NCBI RefSeq assembly: GCF_001194135.2
Contig: NC_069000.1
Location: 26,614,539 to 26,653,257, forward strand
Source: Octopus bimaculoides
Taxonomy: Eukaryota
Direction of reading: 5' to 3'
DNA: 38,719 nucleotides
The notes under the pieces: model-generated
Told to the model about the DNA's origin: nothing
The model's input: the letters and a program-made list of their open reading frames with translations, nothing else
Databases searched by the model: none
Shown here: positions 12,426-22,189 of the stretch, piece by piece
How the letters are laid out: each line of letters opens with the position of its first letter
Position numbering within the stretch: the stretch's first letter is position 1
Translations under genes and position numbers: made by a program

Positions 12426-13702
12426 CTCTAGGTGATCCTATATAATTATTTTCAAAATAGGATACAATTGATTGTGGAATAGCATCATCATCTACAAGTT
12501 GTTCATATCCCTCTACAACATCAACTGGCAGGAAGGCAAGGGCCAAAAAACAACCTCATTTTTAGACTAAAACTGTCGTCTTCATGGTATCTGCATTTTA
12601 GTCATTCTTGCACAACATGCTTGTACACATTCTGTCCTAAATGAAACAAGTAGCATGCCAAATTCAACCCAGGTAATGATTCCAGAAATCCATTATGGGC
12701 TGCTTTCTCAAAATCCATAATTATATTATCAGGTCCCTCTTTCTGCAGTAATTCATTTATTTTGGCAAAAAGTCTACTATATGTGTCTTGACTTTTGTCA
12801 GAGAGCAATGCAAATAATCGTGGGGCATTAAAATTAATAATTTGAATGTGAAGTATATATAACTGAAAAAATATACTAGAGCAGCACTTAAATGTTCCAT
12901 CTACTGCCCAGTACTTGTGCTGTTTTAACTGTCAAAATGCTTCGTCACTTGCAAATATTAGTATTCATTTTGAATCTTCTGTCCCACTGTCATACTGTAA
13001 AAATGTTTCATCATTGTCAAGGTAGGAGTACCCACTTGGAGTGGAAAACCCAACATTTGTAAGTGGGGTGGCAGGATAGTTGGAATCAGCTTGCTTCCAA
13101 CATCTAATATTCTTATTAAGCTGTGCAAATGGAGGTATTTGCGACAATGTACAGTTGTTTAAATTCTGAGCTTCACTAGCGATAACTAGCGAGGGGCATC
13201 ATGAGATGAAATAGACTTTACCTTAATATTTGAAACTATTATCCTTGCATTTACCTCCGCAGCAGTTGAAGTGTGATTATGGATCCCAATCTTCTTGAGC
13301 TCTTTATAATTTCCGTCTGTTTGAAGTCTTGCTTTGCATACATGATTTTCGCACCTCCAGTATATCTTCAATCCATCTGCATTCTGCTTATTTTTTGTGA
13401 ATATATAATTTTCTTGATTGACCACTTTGAATTTTCCTTTTTTCTAAAGTTATGATCTTGCAGGTAGTTGTGTTGATGGGTAGACATGGGGAGGAAGAAA
13501 GGAAAAATATATCTAAAACTGTCCAACAACAATTTTAATTCTAAAGTGATTGTTCTAAACTTTCCCTTGAAAATCAAATTTAAAAGTATTTTGGAATGAA
13601 TTGGCCAGTGACGAATTGGCCTGGGGATGAATTGATCAACGACAAATTGATTGGGGACAAATTAACCAACAACGAAATAATGGGATGAATTGCCCTAGCA
13701 CC

Positions 13703-14250
13703 TGTGGGCTTTATGCAACACTTTGCCACTCTTGCCCAGAGTCACAGAAGGCTGACAAAATCCATCCCACATTTTGACCCACTATTTATCCCAAAAATTG
13801 CTATTGGAGTGCTGTTGTCCATTATCTTCAGCTTAAGACTAAATAGTGGCTTTGTTGCCACATTGCACCTTCATCACTCAAGCCCATCCAATGGCTTTCA
13901 TCCAACGTCTTAGAGTATACGACATAAATTTGATAATGCAGCCTTTGTACATTGTATTGAAGAATTGGTTGGTCAAGAGTGAATTTTGCTGTGTGCACAT
14001 TGGTTGCAATACTTTTCCTAAGCACCACTTCTAAATTTCTGACTGTCTGCCTCTATTCTATTGTTCTCTATCATTATGACTTATGTAACCTTATCAATTC
14101 TACTCTAATCACCCTTTTTTTTAGAGGGAACTATCATTTGCTGTTGATTACTGGCCTTGTCAATGCCCACTTTTAACTAATTTGCTAATCTACAAGCTTG
14201 TCACACTGGGAGCAATGCCTTCTGCATCAATGAACCAGGTCTCAGGGGTG
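13703..14250 (-). mobile_element. Upstream continuation of the Tx1/L1 LINE (EN-RT linker); 5' end approximate
   Basis: Minus-strand pieces ALTRPVINSK**..KRVIRVELIRL, NQFFNTMYKGCII, WA*VMKVQCGNKATI and LWARVAKCCIKP join the RT start on the other side of the MULE. Confidence 0.65.
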
Positions 14251-15029
14251 GCACATTGATTATCTTTATTTCTACTCCCACCAAAGTAAAATGGTATAAG
14301 GACCAGTTCATCACTCTTTAGGCTTGTTGTGGAGTGATTCCTGGTCTTATCCCCTGTACTTTACTTATTCTTCCTGGTGACATAAGTTTTAGTGCCCCAA
14401 ATTCATCTGAGGCACTTTCCTTTTTGCATTGTGTCCCTTACTCTATTTTCCTATTTTTTGTGGCTATTATTTTGAAACCAATATCAAAACCTCAAAACTG
14501 TAGTTTTGATGTTTTGAGGTTGGTTTCTTGCTGGACAGACTTCAGTATGCTAGTATTTTGTCCAGACTTGTTAATGTTTTTCACATTTAAAAAAGAATTT
14601 GCTAATAATCAAACAAATGTTACTTTTATCTGACAGACAACATTGATGAACTTTCTTATGCTAGATTTGCAAATTGTTGTATCTTCATTTATTTTGTGTT
14701 GGCATTAATGATGGTGACAATGGAAGTGGAATGTGCTGGTGTGTTAAAAGGACAAATGTAATATTTTGGATTTTCTGTTCAACATTCTCATCTTGCTTTT
14801 CTTGTCATCGTTGCTTTATTTTTCTTCCTGTTGTTCTTTTCATTTAACTTGTTGTTGTTCCAGTCAGCAGTGGTAGTGGCAGTGGTGGTAGTGATGGGGT
14901 GCTTTCTTTTTAAAACAAGTTTTCCAATCTCTTATGTCACTCCCCTGACATTTTGTCAAAAATCTTTATTGCTATTTTTTTAGAAAAATGGATAAATGTT
15001 ACAAACCAAAACACAAATTCCACCCCAAA

Positions 15030-15167
15030 GAGATGAACATTTCATAAAGCCAACAAAATCCAATAACAACAAGTGTCTTGCTCAAGGACACAACACACCA
15101 CCAAATATTGAACTCACAACCTAATGATTGTGAGCCGAATACCTTAATCACTAAGCTATGCACCTTC
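15030..15167 (-). mobile_element. tRNA-derived SINE 5' portion
   Basis: Reverse complement has A-box-like TAGCTTAGTGA, B-box-like GAGTTCAAT and the CORE-like TGTGTCCTTGAGCAAGACACTT. Confidence 0.6.
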
Positions 15168-15326
15168 AGAAAAAAAAATGTTTCATAAAAGATAACAAAA
15201 ATGCTATTCAATAGAAGTTAATGTATGTATACATAACATAATACAAACTTCAAATTTTCTGTCATGGTTACTAACAGTTACTTGTCCTATATGCAATTGT
15301 TAGACCATGCTGTTTATTCATTTCAG

Positions 15327-15370
15327 GAAAATACATTTGGAAAGAATATATTATGCCCACTTTCACAAAG
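15327..15370 (+). CDS. Speculative small upstream exon of the ZU5-ZU5-UPA gene (KIHLERIYYAHFHK)
   Basis: TTTCAG acceptor and AAG/GTGTAA donor, open in a frame ending in phase 1, which matches the 20976 exon. Could be chance. Confidence 0.2.
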
Positions 15371-15858
15371 GTGTAAAATAGTAGAAATATATAATTTTGC
15401 TCTCACAATGGATCTCAGATGTTATTAAGAAAATTAAGTCAATCAAAAATAGAAAAATATAATAAAAGTAGAAACGTGGTTATTATGAAAATAAATGCAA
15501 CAATAAATAAAGTGAAAAATAAAAGAAATTAAATGAAAAATTTGGACACAAATTTGTTTGTTTTATGTTAACAGTCAATCAGGTAAAGGTCGTATGGCCC
15601 AATTGCATAATAAATACTTCTTTTTTCTGCATTTCCTTAAAATCTAGTGTTCAAATAGATGTCATGATTACGCAAGCCTTGGAGAATCTGTCTTTTCTCT
15701 GTTGTGCAAAATTCATGTCTTTTATTACCATTCTCATAAGTAAAATCTTGGTATTTCAAGAGCTTTCTTTTTTATTGTCAAATATAGTCAGTTAATTTGA
15801 TGTTTATTCAATGTATCTTAAAGTATGGTTGTAGACTCTTGACCTTTTTTTTTAATTA

Positions 15859-16650
15859 TGAGGAGGCATCCAAAAGTAACCAGAAACATTCTTTGTGGGA
15901 CAAACCTGTTGTAGTTCAGGCTTCTGTCACTAGAAGCCACTTGATGTGATCCTCAGGCATCAGCCTGCTGACTGGTGGTGTCAGGTGTAATTGTACTATC
16001 ACGTGATGTGTCTTTGTTTTGCAGTGCTTCTCCCTTGTTCATCAATTTTTGCAATGACTGAAACAAAGGAACAGCATACTTCCATGAAGTTCTGTTTCCT
16101 GCTGGGGAAAACGGTGGCTGAAACAGTTGTCATGCCTCAAACACAAACAGCTTACAAGGACGCTGCCATGAGCAAAACACAAGTTTATAAGTGGTTTCCA
16201 TGCTTTAGGAATGGTCACTTGTCGCTTGAAGACCAACCTTGTTCAGAGAGACTGTTCACTTCCAAAATGAATGAAAACATCATGAAAATTCATGAACTAA
16301 TCTTGGAGGGCCATCACTAACAATTGACAAACTTAATATGACTGGTGTGTCCTGGAGCTACTGCTAACGAATTTTGAGCAAGGAATTGCCAATGAAAAGA
16401 GTTGCAGCAAAATTTATGCCTTGCTTGCTCACGGTATATGAGAAACAGTAATTGCTGAATGCATGTCGTGAACTGAAAGAACAGCTGAAAGTTGATCAGG
16501 ACCTTTTATGAAAGCCATCACTGGTGATGAAAACTGGTGCTATGGAATTTACAGATGTGGAAGAGGTGAAGAAAAAAACGCCAGAGGCATTAAACGGCAT
16601 CACTTCACAAGTGTTCCAGCACTGCTTTGAATAGGGGAAAATGCACCTTA
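15859..16650 (+). mobile_element. Internally deleted mariner (irritans/Himar-like); 3' boundary approximate
   Basis: TA followed by a TGAGGAGGCATCCAAAAG-type end. ORF MKFCFLLGKTVAET..SKTQVYKWF..SLEDQP, then ITGDENWCYG fused directly to C-terminal EEVKKKTPEALNGI sequence, so the catalytic core is lost. Confidence 0.75.
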
Positions 16651-16758
16651 ATGAATTTAATAAATTAAACTCTACTGGTAAGGCTTATTTGTGTTGGTGC
16701 TTCATCTGTATACTTTTTATATCTATCTATCCATATATGCATACATAATATATGCATA

Positions 16759-16760
<2 letters not shown>

Positions 16761-16800
<40 letters not shown>
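16761..16800 (+). repeat. (AC)20 microsatellite
   Basis: Read directly. Confidence 0.95.
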
Positions 16801-16803
<3 letters not shown>

Positions 16804-17397
16804 ACACGTATGTCTATATGTACATGTAAGTGTGTGTGGGGAGAGTATATATATGTATATACATACCTGCTATTCAAATTTTGATAATTATTTTTCTGTA
16901 AATTCTCAGTTCGAAAATACAAATTAAACGTAGACCAAAATCATTGAATAAACATAAAACATTATCAAACATAGAGAATGCCACAGAAAGTTCAAGTTAT
17001 CTACAAAATAAGTAAGTAACTGTTTACTCATTACATAACTATCTGTTGCATGTTTTGTTATATAAATCACTGCAGTGAACTCTCATGTAATTCTTCTTGG
17101 GTGATTATAGTACCTCTCTGCAAGTATTCTTTCACTTTCTTAAGCTTTTTAGTAACTGGATTGCAACCTTGCTTTGGTATGACCTTTAAGGATTTTGATC
17201 AATTATATTGATCTCGGTATTTTTTTCAGTTTGTTATTTATTTTATTGATCGCTATCAAATTGCTAAAAAGCATACTTTTTACCTAAAAGGGTGCAATTT
17301 GATGTTCCACATTATACAAATAAACATAAACATACACCTATAGGCACACACACCCATATATATATATATTACGTATATCTATACATGTATGGATGTA

Positions 17398-17413
17398 TCT
17401 CTCACTCTCTCTC

Positions 17414-17468
<55 letters not shown>
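17398..17468 (+). repeat. (CT)n microsatellite, interrupted
   Basis: Read directly. Confidence 0.9.
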
Positions 17469-17535
17469 GTATATATATTTCTTTAAATTTCTTTAAAGCT
17501 GCAGTCTTGCTGGGGTACCACCATTAATAACAAGC

Positions 17536-17607
17536 CTCCCTGGCCGAGAATCATACCCTGGTCTCCTGCGTGATAGCTGGGGATATTTATCACTATACTA
17601 CTGAGAG
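17536..17607 (-). pseudogene. tRNA-Asp-derived pseudogene / SINE head (anticodon position reads ATC)
   Basis: Reverse complement CTCTCAGTAGTATAGTGATAAATATCCCCAGCTATCACGCAGGAGACCAGGGTATGATTCTCGGCCAGGGAG aligns along the canonical eukaryotic tRNA-Asp(GTC). It is followed by GGTGGTACCCCAGCAAGACTGCAGC, which resembles the SINE tails at 20.1 and 33.8 kb. Confidence 0.75.
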
Positions 17608-17636
17608 AGAGAGGGGAGGGGAGAGAGGAAGGGGAG

Positions 17637-17667
<31 letters not shown>

Positions 17668-17729
17668 TACACATATGCAAATGTACAGATAAACACAAGT
17701 AGGCTTAATGAGTATATTTACATAAAATA

Positions 17730-18105
17730 GCTTGCAAAGACTTATTGGGGCAAGCGAAAGCGAAATTGTGATGGCACCTGTGCCCAGCGTCGCCTTTCTG
17801 GCACTTGTGCCACGGCATGTATAAGGACTTTTGAGCAAGATCGTTGCTAGTGCCCCTGGACTGGCTCTTGTGCGGGTGGCACATAAAATACACCATTTTG
17901 AGTGTGGCCGTTGCCAGTACCGCCTGACTGGCCCTTGTGCTGGTGGCACATAAAAGCACCCACTACACTCTCTGAGTGGTTGGCGTTAGGAAGGGCATCC
18001 AGCTGTAGAAACTCTGCCAAATCAGATTGGAGCCTGGTGTAGCCATCTGGTTTCACCAGTCCTCAGTCAAATCGTCCTACCCGACGTTAAACGACGATGA
18101 TGATG
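17730..18105 (+). mobile_element. RTE LINE 3' UTR-only fragment (copy C)
   Basis: Reverse-complement match to 24621-25100 and 34338-34740. Has ~65-bp repeat units and a GACGTTAAACGAC(GAT)n tail. Confidence 0.85.
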
Positions 18106-18229
18106 TTTGTATAGCCAACTTTCTACATAGGAGGCATTGTGTGCTGGACGAAGGAGTTGGAATACAAGTTCTCATGTATCTGAACACTACTCTGTGAATA
18201 TTTGTACCATGCTTGCTATACAGTTCTCC

Positions 18230-18230
<1 letters not shown>

Positions 18231-18299
<69 letters not shown>
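18231..18299 (+). repeat. (AC)n microsatellite
   Basis: Read directly. Confidence 0.95.
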
Positions 18300-18301
<2 letters not shown>

Positions 18302-18309
18302 CATACATA

Positions 18310-19177
18310 CAGGGTATTTGAGCTAAATCTGACAATTTTTATGTCTCCCTTTTCAGGAACAACTTGATGTATAGGTGTACAGGCAATGGTGTTGGAGAGC
18401 ATAAAGATAAAGTTGTAGTTGAGACAAAGTTAGCTGAAATCAAGGACTGCAAGCCATCTGAACATTGGAAAAGAGTTACCTGTATTGTGATGATTCATGC
18501 TGAGTATCAAAATGCCAACATCACAACTGCTGCTCAATGCTCTGTGAACACTGTGAAAGCTGTAAGATGTGACATGGACAGCTGCAACAGAGACTACAGA
18601 GCCTTCCAGCAAGAAAGGACACAGCAGATGTTCTGACTGCATCTACATACTGATGTTCATCCCTACATCTTTGAACAGGCCTTAGGTTCAATTCAGATGG
18701 CGATGTGAAACTGTTGGAGACTGCAGTCAATCCCTGGCTGGAGTGTGTTTCTCCTGGGAGGCCATACATGTGACAGCAGGATTTGCCTCCTTGCCACACC
18801 TCCAGAAAGAGTCAGAAATGGTCGTCAGAGAATTTCTATGACTTCACCTTCCCCAATTTCTGGCCTCCTAATTCCCTTGATTGCAATCTCATGGATTACA
18901 TTGTGTGGGGAACGATTGAAAAAAACACCAGAGCCAAGCTGGTGATCAAGATCAAAGAGATGTTCAAAGATCTTCCCAGGGACACAGTGAGCAATGCATG
19001 TGCCAAGTTCTGGAGCTGTCTTGAGGCCGTGGGCTGAGGGTGTCTCCTTTAAGTAAACTGTTATCTCCCAGCCATAATCTAGTTAATATTTTTGTTTTTA
19101 AATGTTTTTTATTTTTGGATGGAATATTGTTTATTTTTCCTTTTATGCAAGTTGTTGAATTTGATCCGAACACCCTG
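18310..19177 (+). mobile_element. Internally deleted maT-type (DD37D) Tc1/mariner element
   Basis: Imperfect TIRs CAGGGTATTTGAGCTAAAT / ATTTGATCCGAACACCCTG, with TA on the left and TG on the right. QQD-LPPCHTSRKSQKWSSENFYDFTFPNFWPPNSLDCNLM-D has exactly 37 residues between the 2nd and 3rd Asp. Confidence 0.8.
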
Positions 19178-20087
19178 TGTATAGATGCATGTATGTATAG
19201 AAGGAAAAAATTGGCAGATTTTGAATTTCACTGTAGGCTCTGTAAAGTTACCTCTATTAGGTACTGTCTTGGGTTGAAGAATATCTACTCTAAAGTGATC
19301 AATGAAATATTTAAGAGGAATTAAAGAAACTCAGAGCAATGAAGAAAAATTAAACGGAAATGAAAAATAGTTTTGTGAATTGAACATTTTGAGCAAGATA
19401 ACTACATCTGTGCCTACATATCATTTTCAAAACTTGTTCAGTACCTTTTAAAATTCTTTGACATCAATAAATGATAAATTCTGTCTTTAGCACTTTGACT
19501 TCATAGTTATTTATTTAAAAATCAGGTAACTGTTAGAGATTGTATAAATACATTAAATCAATTACAGATAACCATTGTTAAGAATATTTCACATATTTTT
19601 TTAAGCACTCTTTCCAAAGCTTCTGTAATCCTCATATGTTTTGATAGGATTGATTGTTCAAACACTCACAGAAGAGCTAAGCATTATGTCAGCTCTCTGG
19701 GAACAAAAAATCCACATTTTCATCTGAAAGATAAAATATTTCTTCTTTTTGGTTATCTATACTGAAAACTAAACTTATCAGACAATGAAGGGGTTTTACC
19801 ACAGGAGGGTCAACTGAGCAGCTAAAAATCAAAACAGAACACTTTAGATAACATACGTCTCAATACACTTCTAGATAAAAAAAAATAATGGGTTGTTTAG
19901 AGCCGGTTTTACTAAGTCTAACATTCAGAGTTCTTTTTACTTTGTACATAAAATTTATTTTTTGTAAAAATATTTGTTAATACATCATTATATACACTTG
20001 CAGAAATACTGCCCTCTGGATAGCTTTCTGGTAGTATCTCATGTTCACTTGTACAAAACTGGTGTAATATGCATACCTGCCTATATA

Positions 20088-20315
20088 TCTTTTATCTTTT
20101 ATTTTTTATTTGTTTCAGTCTTTGTACTGCAACCATTCAGGGCTTTGAAAGGTTTAGTTAAGCAAATTGACACCAGTACATTTTTTAAGCATGGTACTTA
20201 TTCTATTGGTCTCTTTTTGCCAAACCACTAAGATACAGGGACATAAAGAAACCAACCCCAGTTGTCAAGCAGTGGGGCAGGACAAAAACAAAAACACATA
20301 CATGTACATACATAC
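20088..20315 (-). mobile_element. SINE 3' portion
   Basis: TTTGTTTCAGTC..GTACTTATTCTATTGGTCTCTTTTTGCCAAACCACTAAG..CCAGTTGTCAAGCA; homologous to 33793-34003. Confidence 0.7.
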
Positions 20316-20975
20316 ATATATTCCAGGTGATTCAACTACTTACTACAGTACAGTAATCCATACATAGTTAAACAGGTTGTTCACTTGTCCCAGGTATCCC
20401 ACAAATCAATGTTTCTATCAAAGGTATAATTGGTACATATTATGCATTGTTACATTTCATAAACAAAAACGAATAGAGAGTTCAAAGCATCATTACGTGT
20501 GTTTCAACAGCATGATTTATTCCAAAATACAATATCCATTACATGTTAGATAACATTATGTAAATTTGCATTATTACATAAGACTCCAATTCATCAGGTA
20601 ATATTGTACCAAAATATTTGGCAGAATATCACCTGATGAAATGGATTTGTTATGCAACAATGCAAATTAACCCAATGTTATCTAATGTGTTAAGTCTTGT
20701 TTTGAACATTCATTTTTGTTTGATATGTCTGTGTGTGTGAATACATACAATTTCTCCTCCCATACCAAAATCTATTTTCACCATATACATTTGCTGCAAA
20801 AGTTTTATCAAAATTTTTCTTGTAAGGAACTGTATAGAATTTTCAGCCAGAATAAATACTATACTTTTCTATCATTTAGTTAGCATCTAAGTTCTTGTAT
20901 GTGTATACACACATATAATAAATAATGTTTGTCAAAATTTCAGTTACTGTTCAAAGTTTACAGTCTTTCCTACAG

Positions 20976-21283
20976 CGGATACATATGGCCTACCACTTGA
21001 AGGGAAATTAATAGTTTCCTCAGGGACTTTCAAAAAGAAGGAGAACATCCGTTGTGAAGTTACGTCTCCCAACAACAGATGGTGCACAATTCCACCACTG
21101 AGCTATGATGAAACCTTATTAAGTGAGATTTACATGCTAACTTCCTCATGCACCTACAGCCTAAGGAAACTGGTCAAGATTCTAGTCCCTTTCAGCATTG
21201 TTGACGATAATTATTTTGTTTTAAAAGCCAATGTTCGTTGGGGCAAGGAAAATGATTGGACTGAGACTGAATTCATCACTAAG
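20976..21283 (+). CDS. Exon A of ZU5-ZU5-UPA protein gene (DTHD1-like); ZU5 #1
   Basis: TCTTTCCTACAG acceptor, AAG/GTATTC donor, open for 102 codons. TIPPLSYDETLLSEIYML..LVKILVPF..W resembles ankyrin ZU5 (PP..E.E.LASR..PVIVEIPHF). Entry phase 1, exit phase 0. Confidence 0.85.
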
Positions 21284-21800
21284 GTATTCGTCTTTTATGT
21301 TTTTGTTTATAACTTTATTTGTTTTATTTTATATAGATGAAGAAACTTACCACTTATTCCACAATATGTACCACATGTTTTGCTTATACTACTAAAACCT
21401 ATGAGCAAAGCATGAGGGCCATAATGAATAATTTTTTTTAAATATAGAGCATTTGATCCCTCATCAGAAGAAAACAGTATTCTTAGGAAAGAGGATAACA
21501 TGTGAGCAGAAGTGATACATTTGTCAAACTAAATGATTGAAAGTATGTATTTTAAGCATTTGTTGTGAGTTAACCCTGCTTGAGAATGAATCTGGCATCC
21601 AGGAGTAAAAAAATAACTGTACAAGATGTGTACTGAAATCAGTTCAATTGGCTGTCTCATTTTCCCGTAATAATTTATTTTTTATCTATTAAAAGAATTC
21701 AGTATTTTTTGGAAGGGCATAAATAAAACAGCACCAGTTCACAGTTTTAAATGTTAGTTTTCTTCACTAGGAAGTACAAGAGCAACAAAATGAAGCATTG

Positions 21801-21944
21801 TTTATTTACTGTCTCAAATTTTTTTCCTAATTATGCATTGTATCATCTTTGGAAGAGAGGCTGTGTGCAGTCATAGTCTTGGCAGACACTTCAAGAGTAT
21901 TGGGATCAACATAATGTTCCTCTTGAACAGCTGCAGGTTGATAA
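21801..21944 (-). other. Candidate terminal exon of a nested antisense transcript
   Basis: T13-GCAG acceptor, 38-codon frame YQPAAVQEEHYVDPNTLEVSAKTMTAHSLSSKDDTMHN* (TAG at 21829-21827), AATAAA at 21806-21801, then a U/GU-rich tract. No upstream partner exon found. Confidence 0.3.
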
Positions 21945-22189
21945 CTGCAAAAAAAAAAAAATAAAATAAGGGCAGAGAGGTAATTTCAAAGGTGTAACAT
22001 TCTGAGGAAGAAGGAATGATAAAAATGGATAGTATGAGGTTTGTAGCCAGGGAAACAGTATTGGATGAAAGAAAGATGAGTGAGTCAGGTGGAGATGGAA
22101 TGTTTCTAGTTACTTAGAGGAGCAGAATCACTAGCAGTAAAGGTAAAGAGGGGAAGTAACATCTATGGAGAAAAGGTTGGAATGTGTTG

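Larger units (their letters stand above)
10507..13702 (-). mobile_element. Phantom-like Mutator (MULE) DNA transposon with FLYWCH + MULE transposase, pseudogenised
   Basis: FLYWCH-like YWRCENHVCKARL..HNH (13186-13425). Putative DDE residues in WAVDGTFK (~12900), IIMDFEKA..CYLFHLGQ (12602-12808) and TNSLEAYH (~10880). About 105-110-bp inverted termini built of ~15-bp repeats. Candidate degenerate 8-bp TSD TATAGACT (10499-10506) / TGTGGGCT (13703-13710). Confidence 0.85.
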
